DNA of 36,461 bases from Chiloscyllium plagiosum (GCF_004010195.1 NC_057718.1:97885300-97921760), one strand, 5' to 3'; numbered from the stretch's first letter, positions 1-10,958 are shown. Translations and numbers: made by a program. Notes: generated from the sequence alone by a model not told the origin.

Positions 1-157
1 TTTATATAAATCGGCAAACCCTTGGGGGAGAAAGATTTTAAAATAAATTGTACATCGGGTAAACCAGAGATTGGGTGTAAAGGTTTTGTAACGGTGGTAT
101 CAAAAGCAAGGAACTAATTAAAACATAACGTTGGCCTTATTTATCTGAATGTGTCAG

Positions 158-451
158 AGAATCATAGAATCCTTACAGTGTGGAAAGAGGCCATTCGGCC
201 CATTGAGTCTGCACCGACCCTCCAAAGAGCATCCCACCCAAACCCACTGAGACACCTGCCTGCCCTATCCCTGTAACCCTGCATTTCCCACGGCTAACCC
301 ACTTACCCTACACACTGCTGGTCACTATGGGGCAATTTAACATGGCCAATCTACCCTAACCTGCACATCTTTGGACTGGAGGAGGAAACCGGAGCACCCG
401 GTGGAAACCCACGCAGACACTGGGAGAACGTGCAAACTCCACACAAACAGT
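158..451 (-). mobile_element. HE1-type V-SINE, tRNA head missing
   Basis: Reverse complement of the V-domain (ggaggaaaccggagcacccg...gcaaactccacac) plus a CR1/HER1-like tail (atcatagaatccttacagtgtggaaa). Matches the other copies in the window. Confidence 0.9.
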
Positions 452-614
452 GTGGAGACGGTCAAATCTATCTAGTCAATTGAGTCATATTATAAATTAT
501 TTCCAGTGACCCGTCTCACGTTAAAAAATGATCCAACTTGCTGTGTGGAATCTTTTGACATCTCAGCCTGGGAATCGTTTGAAATAATCGTTTGTGCGAA
601 AGCGCGTAAACTAT

Positions 615-1160
615 TTTCTTAATTTAGCTGACTGTACTCACCATTCACAACGCGGCTTCCTCTATATTGGAGAGGCCAGACACAGATTGGGTTACTACTT
701 TACAAAACACATTGACATTTCTGTCCTCAGCTGACTGCACTGTTCCAGTGTGAGCTTCCGGAACAGCTTGGCTTAGACACTTTACAACTTTCTGAACTCA
801 ACATTGAATTCAATCATTTTACCTGGAAAACACTGCCCCCATTTTTATTTTCTATTCTTCCACCTGCTTTTGACGCATCTTTTGTACCTATTCTGACCCC
901 AATCTCTGTTCCCCTTTGTCCTCGAGATGTAGTGTTTCTGTTACTCCATCACCCCTGTTGCCCACCCTGTCATAGCCCTCACTTTATCCTTGGCGTGCCT
1001 GCTCATCCTCTTGCTGAAAATCCATTACGTTTCTAATGCTTCCCATTTTAAAAGGAAGGTCACATAGCAGAGACTTTGACTCTGTTTCTGTCCCCACCTA
1101 GCTGCTGCCATAATCCGCTGCTTTTTCAGGTTTCCAGCATCCTCCGTATTCTGCTTTCCT
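615..1160 (+). mobile_element. Decayed Penelope-like element 3' part (GIY-YIG endonuclease relic plus terminal region)
   Basis: Frame from 621 reads NLADCTHHSQRGFLYIGEARHRLGYYFTKH, resembling the PLE GIY-YIG motif (LYIGET.RRL..RF.EH). Near 770-820 it reads LDTLQLSELNIEFNHF, like the PLE C-terminus. A decayed terminal repeat lies at 1050-1160. Confidence 0.75.
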
Positions 1161-1711
1161 AGCACAGCGCTTGTGTATAGCTGAAAGGAAGGCACCATTT
1201 TGTCAAGGCTTTACTGCCTTTGCATACATCAGGAAATACTAAATCAAAAGGGTTGGGGGGGGGGAAGCCATCATTATACGTCATGGAAGGAGAATGAATC
1301 TGATTGATAGAGCCATTCACTCATTTATTTCTCAGAACTGACTTGGAAATATTACACTCAACCATCTTGACATAAAATTTAAATAAAACATGGCTGTTAA
1401 CTGTCTATCAGTATTAACAGGTACATTCTCTATGACAATGCCCCGACCAGTCAGTAGCATTGCCTTGTCTTGAAGCATATTCCACTTTTTGCATGTCCGT
1501 GTGTCTCACAAATGTTTACATTTCCAAATAGCATCTTTCACCCCTCCAGGACACCCCCCCAAAAAACTTGTAGCCAATTAAGTATTTTAACGTGCATACA
1601 GTTAATTTGTACATTGGAAGATCCCACTAGCAGCATCGGTGTACATGAGATTACTTTGTTTTGGTGATGTGGATGGAGACAGCAATATTAGGCATTGAAT
1701 TTTTAGTATCC

Positions 1712-1763
1712 CATCCTGATAAAGGGCTTTTGCCTGAAATGTCAATCTTCCTGCTCATTGGAT
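1712..1763 (+). mobile_element. PLE terminal-repeat fragment with mutated hammerhead core
   Basis: cctgataaagggcttttgcctgaaatgtcaatcttcctgctc is homologous to 17143-17185. Confidence 0.6.
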
Positions 1764-1809
1764 TTTTAATGTCTCAATCATGAATCGGTGATTGATTTCT
1801 TAAACTATT

Positions 1810-2290
1810 ATTCATTCATTGGATGAGCTTTGCTGATTAGCCCCAGCTCTAGTTGCCCTTGAGAAGGAATGGGGGAGCTGCCCTCTTGAACTGCTGAGGT
1901 CCATTTAGAGTAAATGCATCCACAATGCGGTTAGGAGAGGGTTGCAGGATTTTGACCTAGTGACACTGAATGAACAGGGGTGGCACAGTGACTCAGTGGT
2001 TAGCGCTGCTGCCTCACAGCGCCAGGGACTTAGGTTCGATTGCAGCCTCTGGTGACTGTGTGGAGTTTGCACATTCTCTCCGTGTCTGTGTGAGTTTCCT
2101 CTGGGTGCTCTGGTTTCCTCCCACAGTCCAAAGATGTGCATGTTAGGTGAATTGGCCATGCTAAATTGCCCATCGTGTTACGTGCATCACTCAGAGGGAA
2201 ATGGGTCGGTGTGAACTTGTTGGGCCAAAGGGCCTGTTTCCACACTGTAGGGAATCTAATCTAATCATGCATTTCCAAATCAGGATGGTG
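1810..2290 (-). mobile_element. 3' end of a CR1/L2-group LINE, interrupted by the HE1 at 1977-2266
   Basis: ttgcccttgagaagg...gagctgccctcttgaactgctg matches 30445-30500, and the sequence resumes as atttccaaatcaggatgg after the SINE. Confidence 0.65.
1977..2266 (+). mobile_element. HE1-type V-SINE, full length
   Basis: tRNA-like head with A box (tgactcagtggtt) and B box (ggttcgatt), V-domain, and (AATCT)n tail. Confidence 0.95.
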
Positions 2291-2342
2291 AAGTATCCAT
2301 CTGGTTTATGTATTCAAGTGGGACTTGAACCCACACTGTCTT

Positions 2343-2498
2343 AGAGTCACAGAGATGTACAGCACAGAAACAGACCCTTTGGTCCAACTCGTCCATGCCA
2401 ACCAGATATCGTAAATTAATCTAGTCCCATTTGCCAGCATTTGGCCCATGTCCCTCTAAACCCTGGCAACATCCTTGTAAATCTTTTCTGAATCCTTT
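2343..2498 (-). mobile_element. HER1/CR1 LINE 3' end with internal deletion
   Basis: Collinear with 11855-11960 and then with 12291-12327. Confidence 0.85.
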
Positions 2499-2779
2499 TT
2501 TCTGTGTGAAACTTCAGCAGATATCTTTCGAGACTTTTGCAAGAGGGTTTAGCCAAGTACTTAGGGAAATGAAAGAGATTTATTGGCTGGACAGGATCTT
2601 CTGCGTGTACAGCAGTGAGCAATGTCAGTTGAGCCATTGCACAAATAATTCTCTGTGTTACTCTTGGTAACTGCTTCCATTATTTTGAGTGGAATTGAAA
2701 TAAGATGAATGAGTTTGTACTTGGTCCTGTCAGGGAATTGATTTGTTTCTTCCTTGGTCATCTTATCTTATTGCTATCA

Positions 2780-3090
2780 AAAGTTTGAGTGGTGCGTTGC
2801 TATTTTTATTGGAACAGGGCCTGTTGGTCAGAACATCCCTTGTCCGTGTCTTACTTGGGGAAAGTTAACATTCCTGGTCGGTGAACCAGATAGATCTAAT
2901 TACTCCAGGTTTATAGCAACATGGTCACATCAACAAAAAAGTCAGCTTTTTATTTGCCAGTGTATTTTTATTCTTTTTAAACCAAAACCAAATTCTCAAG
3001 GGGCCAGGGTGAGATTTGAATTTCTTTTAGCTTATTTGTCCTGGCGTTTGGATTACTTGTCAAGTAATTTAAACTATATGCTACTGGATC
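2780..3090 (-). mobile_element. Highly decayed copy of the second tRNA-derived SINE (family B)
   Basis: gtgaaccag core at about 2881 and a tRNA-like head (gagatttgaa...ggattact) at 3010-3085. Confidence 0.4.
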
Positions 3091-3097
3091 ATCCTTG

Positions 3098-3252
3098 ATC
3101 ACATTTGATTAGTCTGTTCTTAGGGCTAAAGGGATCAAAGGGTATGGGGAGAGAATGGGAACAGGTGATTGAGTTGGATGATCAGCCTTGATCATATTGA
3201 ATGGCTCGGCAGACTCAAAAAGCTAAATAGCCTACCTCTGTTCCTATGTTTG
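3098..3252 (+). mobile_element. CR1 LINE 3' end
   Basis: gggatcaaagggtatggggagaga...ggatgatcagcc...cctacctctgttcctatg is similar to 10845-10955. Confidence 0.8.
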
Positions 3253-3357
3253 ATATTTCTGCTGTGGCCACTATCCGTCTGGAATGCCTTGACCTTTATT
3301 TATTGCCAGCTCGGTTTGATATTTGTCTCTCCTGGGTTTCCTTCACTTCCAAGCCAT

Positions 3358-3661
3358 GGGTGGCATGGTGACTCAGTGGTTAGCGCTGATGCCTCACAGC
3401 ACCAGGGACCTGGGTTTGATTCCAGCCTTCGGCGACTGTTTGTGTGGAGTTTGCATGTTCTCCCCATGTCTGCATGGGTTTCCTCAGCTGCTCGTTTCCT
3501 CCTGAATTGGCCATGCCAAATTGCCCACAGTGTTCAGGGATGTGCCGGTTCGATGCATTAGTTAAGGGTAAGTGTTGAACAATATGGTCTGGGTGGGTTA
3601 CTCTTCAGAGGGTGGGTCTGGACAAGTTCAGCTGAAGGGTCTGATCCCACACTGTGATTCT
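3358..3661 (+). mobile_element. HE1-type V-SINE with internal deletion
   Basis: A/B boxes, V-domain and HER1-like tail. Confidence 0.9.
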
Positions 3662-3969
3662 TTGACTCCAGTCCTGTGTTGCACTAACCAACTCTGACTC
3701 AAAACTGTTTGGGTTTTTGCAGTTTATATCGGGCTGGGTTGGCTGGTCTCTCCTGTTGACATAACTATGCTGTCCTTGCACATCCTTCTTATTTTTGTTA
3801 ATGATCAAGCTATCCATTTCTCTTGAGGTGCGCCAGCACTTTCAGTAGCTCGTTAATGAAATGGGCTCAGCTTGACTGATAATTAATTCAGCTCTATGAC
3901 TTGCCGCTTCCCAACGGTTCGATATTTTGAAATCCATTTGCGGCATGAGAGCAGTGTTGGGGAATTTGC

Positions 3970-4295
3970 CCCTTATTGTCGCTCTTAATTGCCCACAGGG
4001 CAGATGATGGTGGCCCAACTTCCTGACCCACTGTTCTCCATGCCAACCGGAGAGCCTGCAGGATTTTGATGTGGCAGTGATGGCAGAACGATGTTAGGTT
4101 CCTGAGTGGGGATGGCGTTGATTGGAAGGAGACCTTGTCAGTATTCCCATGCATCTGCCATCTTTTGTGCTTCTTGGGTCATGGATCAGTTGTGGTAGCC
4201 AGGGGTACAGCAGTAGAAGCCCTGGTGTATTGCGGCACTGTTTGATAGATGGTAAACTTCTGAGCCAGTCTGTCCTAATGGTGGATGTTTTGTTT
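3970..4295 (-). mobile_element. Decayed CR1/L2-group LINE 3' region
   Basis: Weak reverse-complement similarity to 32773-33101 and similarity to 1850-1975. Confidence 0.5.
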
Positions 4296-4389
4296 TGCTC
4301 CATCCTTCCTGGCGCATTACATTCACATTAAAGTATCTTCAGTCGTCCACCTTGGGGCTTCAGTGATAGCTCTGAGTTACTTGCGAAAT

Positions 4390-4700
4390 GATGAACAGCC
4401 AGGAGCATTAGAGACCCAAAGAGACCTGAGGGTCTGTGCAGGCTTTTTAAGTTCATTTTCGGGATGAGGTGTCACTAACTAGGACAGCATATTGCCCTTA
4501 CCTAATTGCCCAGAGGGCAGTTTGGAGTCAACCACATTGTTGTGGGTCTGGAATCACATGTAGGCCAGACCAAGTAAGGACGGCAGTTTCCTTCCCTCAA
4601 GGACAGGTTGTTAACACATCATAGACACAAATATGCAGCAACCACAAAGGCTAATGGGATGCTTGCCTTCATGCCTAGAAGCCTCGGGTACAAGGGTTTA
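4390..4700 (+). mobile_element. CR1 ORF2 fragment split by a family-B SINE
   Basis: agagacctgagggtc before the SINE and aaggctaatgggatgcttgccttcat (KANGMLAF, a CR1 RT C-terminal motif) after it. Confidence 0.55.
4452..4605 (-). mobile_element. Family-B tRNA-derived SINE, 3' half
   Basis: Matches 29470-29625 (gcccagagggcag...gagtcaaccacattg...ccttccct). Confidence 0.85.
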
Positions 4701-5077
4701 AAAAAAGTCCTAGAATTCTTCATTGCAGTATATTTTGTTCAAGAAGGATTTGGCGCTTTGTTGATTTCCTTTCCAGTGTCTTATTCTGGTCCATGTAAGC
4801 GATGCTGATTTTAAAAAAGTATGTATTACTCAAATAAAATTGACATGGTCCATTTGAATAAAAAGCAACAAAGATTCTAAAGCCTTCCCATTAAATGATG
4901 AAGTGTAGTATGATGTGATGTGCAGAATTTAAAACATAAAGTCCACAGCTGATTTTTATATATCCTCATGCCAGGTGGCAAATACTCTTTAAAAGAGTGT
5001 GGAGTACAGGAATAGAGTATGAAAGTAGGGAACTATTGCTGCAACTGTGCAAGGCCTTATTGAGACCATATCTGAGT

Positions 5078-5966
5078 TTGAGTTTGATTGGTTGTTGCCA
5101 CATGTACAGAGATACAGTGAAAAGTGTTGTTCTGTGTGCTATACAAGTCAGTTGTACTCTACAAAGTGCATCAGGGTAGCAGAACGGAGTGCAGAGTGTT
5201 ACAGCTGCAGAGGAAGTGCAGAGAGAGAGAGATCAGCATTATCATTTGAGAGACCCAATCGAAAGTTTTGACAATAGCAGGGAAGAAGCTGTTCTTGAAT
5301 CTGTTTGTATGTGTATTCAAACTTTTATATCGTCTGCTGGTGGAAGAGGGTGGAAGAGAGTATAACAGGGGTGAGAGGAGTCGTTGATAATGTTGGTTGC
5401 TTTCCCGAAGCAGTGGGAAGTATCGATGAAGTCAATGGATGGAAGGCTGGTTTGAGTGATGGACTGGGCTGTGGTCACAACTCTGTTGTTTCTGATGGTC
5501 TTGATGTGGAGGTGCCGGTGTTGGACTGGGGTGGACAAGGTCAAAAATCACGCGACACCAGTTATCGTCCAAGCTAGCGTTTTCAAATAACCCCATTGGG
5601 CTATAACCTGGTGCGTGTGAATTTTGATTTTACGGGGCTGGGAAGATTAGTTGCCATATCACACTGTGATGCATCCAGGTAGGATGCTTTCTGTGTTGCG
5701 TCTGTCAAGATTGTTCTGCCAAATTTCCTTAGACTCATGATGTGCTTTCTTGACCTTTTGCATCAACGTGGGTGGGCCAGGACAGATTGTTGGTGATCAC
5801 CACTCCCAGGAACTTGACGCTCTTGGCCATCTCCACCTCACCACCACAGCAGACAGAGGTGTGCCCTCCATTCCGTTTCCTGACGTCAATGACCAGCTCC
5901 TTTGTTTTGCTGATATTGATGAAGAGATGGTTGTCTTGACATCATGCTGCTAAGCACTCAATCTCT
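5078..5966 (-). mobile_element. Rex1/Babar-type LINE 3' fragment
   Basis: Minus-strand peptide AQSITQTSLPSIDFIDTSHCFGKATNIINDSSHPCYTLFHPLP; collinear with 32078-32772. Confidence 0.85.
5502..5633. mobile_element. PLE terminal-repeat pieces in inverted arrangement, inserted in Rex1
   Basis: 5502-5572 is the reverse complement of 11098-11174, and 5572-5633 is direct to 11073-11140. Confidence 0.75.
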
Positions 5967-6187
5967 TTGGTCCCCTTACTTGAGGAAGGGTGCAGTGGCA
6001 TTGGAGGCAGTTCAGAGGAGATTCACTAGGTTGATTCCAGAGATAAGCAAGTTGTCTTTTGAAGAGAGATTGAACAGATGAAGACTGTGCTCTTTGGAGT
6101 TTAGAAGAATGGGGGAAGAACTAATTGAGGTATATAAGATGCTGAAGGGGATTGACAGCATAGATATAGAGAGGATATTTCCTCTTA

Positions 6188-6506
6188 GGGCGGCACAGTG
6201 GCTCAGTGGTTAGCACCGCTGCCTCACAGCACCAGGGTGCCAGGTTCGATTCCAGCCTTGGTCAACTGTCTGTGTGGAGTTTGCACATTCTCCCCATGTC
6301 TGGGTGGGTTTTCTCCAGGTGCTCCAGTTTCCTCCCACAGTCCAAACATGTACAAGCCAGGTGAATTGGCCATGCTAAATTGCCCGTAGTGTTAGGTGCA
6401 TTAGTCAGAGGGAAATGGGTCTGAGTGGGTTACTCTTCGGAGGGTCGGTGTGGACTGGTTGGGCTGACGGGCCTGTTTCCACACTGTAAGGAATCTAATC
6501 TAATCT
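6188..6506 (+). mobile_element. HE1-type V-SINE, full length
   Basis: gggcggcacagtggctcagtggttagc head, V-domain and (AATCT)n tail. Confidence 0.95.
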
Positions 6507-8110
6507 GGGGCAATATAGAATGAGACGTCATATGATTATGATAAGGGGTGGCAGATTGAAAACCGAGATGAGGAGAAATGACTTCTCTTGAAAGATCATG
6601 AATGTGTGGAATTCACTTCCACAGAGTGCCATGGCTACTGGGACATTGAGTAAATTTAAGGTTGGAGACAGACGGATTTCTAATTAGTAATGCGTTCAAG
6701 GGCCATGATGAGATCAGCCATGATGGTATTAAATGATGCAGGCTCAAGGAGCTGAATGGCCTCCTCTTGCTCCTACTTCTTTTGATCTTATGAGTTGCTG
6801 GCCGTTCCCCCTCTGGGTGGGACAGTACACATGGTTGTAGTCAGATCATCGAAGAACTCCGGTCAGGTGACTGTCTGCAAAGCTCCAGGGCTGAGGCACA
6901 GCTGGCCATCTTCCATCTTGTGCCTCAGCCCCAAGAGCTGGGCATCCCCGCTGGAAGCTGAGATTGTCTTGCTGTTGGAAGGCTTGGCGTTGCCTTATGG
7001 GCTGGTAGACAGCTGAAGGCACATGCTCAAACGTAGAAGGCAGACTCTGCCAGCGGTGTGTGCCAGATTGGAAACCGCCGTGCGTACATGGACAGGGGCT
7101 GTGCTGGGAAGGAGCCCTCTCTTTATGCTGTGCTTCCTGGGTGGCAGTAAGAGCCACTGTGTCCCTTTTACAGGGATCGGAAAGAGATCACATTTCATAT
7201 TAGGCACGCAGGTTGATGAACCTGTTTGGTTTGGAACCTGCTTGCTACTCAGTTGTAAAGAGGAATGTAGCCAACATTGACGGACACCCTGTACTAATTG
7301 GCTTATATACCTTAAAAGTCTATAATGCTTTAGAGTTGTACACTTACTGCTCTGTAGTAACATGTTGCTGGGTGTACTGGTGCCCCCGTTTAATTTCAGT
7401 CACTAGGCAAGACCTGGTCTTCTCCTCTCTCGTCTCTTGAGCAGTTTACAGCGGAGGTTGGAGAAGGGTGGACCATAGTGTTGTGCAGCCACACAGCGCT
7501 TGCTGTGACTGGCAGAAACTTGCAAATTCTGGCCTTAATAGCATCTGCTCGGAGGTGGCTAGACTGCTGCCTGTGATATTTTGCCAAGTCTGAAACCTTG
7601 TGTTTCTCAAGCAGACAGGAGCTCTCAAAGAGAATTGCAGTGAATTAACAGCAACATTTCTCATCGTTCCCTACACAATCATGCTTTGGATTTCTGAACC
7701 CATTGGCAACGATGAAAATTTGTCAGCGTAATTTACTCCCAAAAGCAAGCTAAAGTTTAAGTTCATCCAGCGCTCAGAAGAATTAGATGTGTAAAGGTGA
7801 CCTGAGTAAGAGAATGCAGTTAACAGGTAAAGACTGAAAGCAACATGAAGTAATCTCAAAGAGGAATGGGTGAGAGATAAGGAAGAAGACAGACAAAAGG
7901 AGTGAAATAGTTTTAAATTTAATACGTTGCCTGGAGTTTGTGATGCTAGTGGCTGCTACTAATTCCTTGCCCAGCTCCTTGATAGGGAGCCCCCTTTAGT
8001 TTGCAAAGATTGTGCTCCCTGTCCCTTTCCCCCTTCCCCAATATGGACAGCATTTCATTGATGTCTGTAGCTGCTGTATTCTTGAGGATTTGCTGCTTAT
8101 TGCATGCTGT

Positions 8111-8601
8111 GAGATAGGCAAAACAATACTTTTCACTGTACTAACTAGACAAATCATACACAGGGTACAGGTATCCCCCCTTCTTTGAACACTTGCTTTA
8201 TGGCAGTTTTACGTCAGTACCTGTTTTCTCAAATCTGAAGAGGAATTTCGCTTTTATGAAAAACACCAACACTTATTCCCATATAAGTCGTGCATCTTCG
8301 CTTTACGCCATTTTTGGCTTAAGAAAAGTTTCCTGGGAACACTCAACGTTCAGATAGCGGGGGACACCCATAACGGAGCAGAATGCGGAATCTAGTCTTG
8401 CAGCTAGAGAGAAGGTGCAGAGAAAGATCAACTCTAATCTGAGAGGTCCGTTCATAAGTCTGAGAACAGTGGAGGAAAAGCTGATCTTGAATCTGTTGGT
8501 ATGTTTTTTCAAGCTTTTGTATCTTCTGCCCGATAGATGAATGTAGAAGAGAGTATAACTGGGATGGGAGGGATCTTTGATTATGTTGCTAGTCTGATGC
8601 A
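8111..8601 (-). mobile_element. Rex1/Babar 3' fragment split by a MITE
   Basis: Peptide NIIKDPSHPSYTLFYIHLSGRRYKSLKKHTNRFKISFSSTVLRLMNG; collinear with 32110-32375. Confidence 0.85.
8168..8370. mobile_element. Tc1/mariner-pogo (Tigger-like) MITE
   Basis: TA on both sides (8166-67, 8371-72). Imperfect 23-bp TIRs caggtatccccccttctttgaac / gttcagatagcgggggacaccca. Removing it restores the Rex1 sequence cagggTAatagaacagaatg seen at 32175. Confidence 0.7.
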
Positions 8602-8671
8602 ATGCTTTGAGCCATGCTTTTTACCAGCTGTTGGGTGCCTACCTCTCTCCTTTTATACAGTTGCCTCCTCA

Positions 8672-8766
8672 ACCTGTTCAAAGATGGTATGATGCACCTC
8701 TGCAGCAGGTGGGACTTGAACCTGGGCCAACTCTTGGCTCAGAGGTAGGGGCGCTACCACTATACC
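8672..8766 (-). mobile_element. tRNA-derived SINE head (family C)
   Basis: gcaggtgggacttgaacc...tggctcagag matches 36042-36136; the B box reads ggttcaagtccc on the minus strand. Confidence 0.7.
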
Positions 8767-8869
8767 GTCTGTTAAGATAAGGAAATGTCTCCTGCTGTTT
8801 GGACCGTGAGCCATTCACTGAGGCATCAGGAAATCTCAGGGTGTGTTCAAACTCATGAGTGGCCTGGTC

Positions 8870-9170
8870 AGAGTAAATCAGAGGAACCTGTTCCCACTTG
8901 TGAACGGCTTGAGAACAATAAGGCACAGGTTTAAAATAATTCATAACCAAACCAAAAGTGGTGTGAGGAAAGTCCTCTCCATGCGGCAAGTGTATAAGGT
9001 CGAGAGGGTGTAGCAGGTTCAATGGAGACACTCAAAAGGGAATTGAAGAGCTCTTTGAAGATTAACAGGGTTAAGGAAGAAGTGAGGAGACTAGCTGAAG
9101 GTGAGATGGTCATTTGGAGGGCTGGCACAGTCAAGATGGGCCAAGTGGCTTCTTTATGATCTGTAACAAT
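8870..9170 (+). mobile_element. Decayed CR1 3' region
   Basis: aacctgttcccactt...cacaggtttaaaataatt...gatgggccaagtggct motifs. Confidence 0.55.
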
Positions 9171-10214
9171 TCTTGAAGGGAGAAGGGTAGGGTGGGATGT
9201 GGTCACTCCTTCCTCTCATACCAGCCATGTCAACGATACAATGGTGCCCAAATTAAAACTTGATGCAAGTGTTCAAAGCAAGTGAATACATCAGCTCTTC
9301 TATAAATATTTTGTTTATCCTTTAAATGTGTTGGCTTAAGGCTTTAGCTAAATCATCTGAAGCTGGGAGGCAGACTCTTTGCTCCCGATATTAACATTAA
9401 GCCAGTCTGCAATTATCATTGGTCCCAATTGTAATCTCAGGGATTACCTTTTGTTAAAATTGGTCAGGCCTCAGCGATAATACTGTGTAGATCTGTTTTG
9501 AAACCTCCCGCGTGAGGCAGCCTCTTTGATTTTACACCAGTTTTTTTTTTCCTTTGTCAATATGTTTTGACTCTCGCACAATGCTGCGTAGATTGAAAAT
9601 GGCAAACGTTGTTACTTTTCATTTGAAGACATTTGTGCTTTCAACCGTTCAGTGCAAATATGATCAAATTTCTGGCTCTTGACGTTTACAAAATGGAGGG
9701 TACGTTTGGGCAGGGCGGAAAATTGGCCGAAGTGTTAAACTCATTCTGCCAAGAACTGCTGTGTGGTACCCAGACGTGGCAAGTTCAGCATGTATAGGCC
9801 ATGTGATTGTGCAGGAAACGAATTGGTTGCCAATCCCTGAATGTTGTCGTGTTATTCCAGATAGAGCCATGATATAGATGTTGCTCACCTGAAAAGTTGT
9901 TTCCATGAATTCCTGTGACATACCGTTCTGTTGCGCCCCTTAACCAATGTGCACCGCACCTCAAATATATCACCCAGTTAAATCCAATACTCAACTTCAG
10001 CTGGTATAAACTGACCCATGGTTGATGTGATTCGATTTGTGAGTTTTAGAGCCCAGCCAAGCATTCATAATGAGTCCACCTGGAGGAACAGATACCATTC
10101 ACATTTACGACTGACTACCAGTACCAGAGCATGCACCAGCACAAAGTGGGAAATAATAACATCTGCCATCCTCCCTCCATGATTTAATCACTTGCCTGAT
10201 CAATTTCCGAAGGG

Positions 10215-10412
10215 AATCACCTCACATTTTTCTGCATTAAACTCCATTTGCCACCTCTCAGCCCAACCCTGCATCTTATCTATGTCCCTCTGTAACCTGC
10301 AACATCCTTAAGCACTATGCACAACTCCACCGATCTTAGTGCCATCTGCAAATTTACTAACCCATCCAGGTCATTTATAGAAATGGCAAATGGCAGTGGA
10401 CCCAAAACAGAC
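10215..10412 (-). mobile_element. CR1 RT fragment
   Basis: gccatctgcaaatttactaa reads VSKFADG on the minus strand (decayed SKFADD catalytic motif); it also encodes WAERWQMEFNAEKCEV. Confidence 0.8.
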
Positions 10413-10584
10413 CTGTTGACCACTTAACATGTCACTTGGTTTGGAGTTCAATGTCAGACCAAAACTTTCATAGACTCAATATTTAATTTGAAGGAGAGGA
10501 AGATGTAGATACAAATGAACTTGGTTTCAAAGTGAAAGTGCAGAAGCATCAACTAATGGCCAGTACTTTATGTCCTTGATGTAT

Positions 10585-10958
10585 GAAGAGAGGCGGATCA
10601 ATTAGGACTATATTGAGTTTATGGGATGAGTTGGGATCTCATAGAAACTTATAAAGCTAGACAGGATAACTGCAGGATGGATGCTTCCAGTTGCCAGAGG
10701 TTCCAGAACCAGGGGTCACAGTTAAAGGATATAAGGATAGACTATTTAGGACTAAGAAACTTTTTCACAGATAGTGATGACCGTTTGCAAATCCCTGCCA
10801 CAGAAAACAGTTAAGGTGAATGGTTTCAAGATGGAGTTAGATATAGGGCGAAAGGACTCAATGGGTATGGGGGAGAAATCAGGAACAGGGAGACTGAGTT
10901 GGATGATCAGCCAGGATCACATTGAATGGCCTACTCCTACTTTCTATGTTTCTATGTA
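10585..10958 (+). mobile_element. CR1 LINE 3' end
   Basis: gatctcatagaaacttataaa (DLIETYK) followed by a CR1 3' UTR and tail. Confidence 0.8.

Larger units (their letters stand above)
5005..6793 (+). mobile_element. CR1 LINE 3' region, split by Rex1/Babar (5078-5966) and HE1 (6188-6506)
   Basis: GIEYESRELLLQLCKALLRPYL at 5009-5075 continues as FWSPYLRK...LEAVQRRFTRLIP from about 5966. The tail cctcctcttgctcctacttcttttgatcttatg lies at 6760-6792. Confidence 0.85.

Noticed and set aside
1977..2050. tRNA-like A/B boxes at the SINE heads
   Set aside because: They run into SINE bodies and have no complete cloverleaf; not tRNA genes.
1905..2245. Recurring ORFs such as MHIFGLWEET, LAWPIHLTCTSLDCGRKPEHPEET and MAQWLAPLPHS (also at 3323, 6198, 14376, 21992, 27961, 29956, 33712)
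   Set aside because: These are translations of HE1 SINE copies, not a gene family.
6795..7440. Overlapping ORFs in the GC-rich block as coding exons
   Set aside because: No recognisable domain and no convincing splice-site pair.
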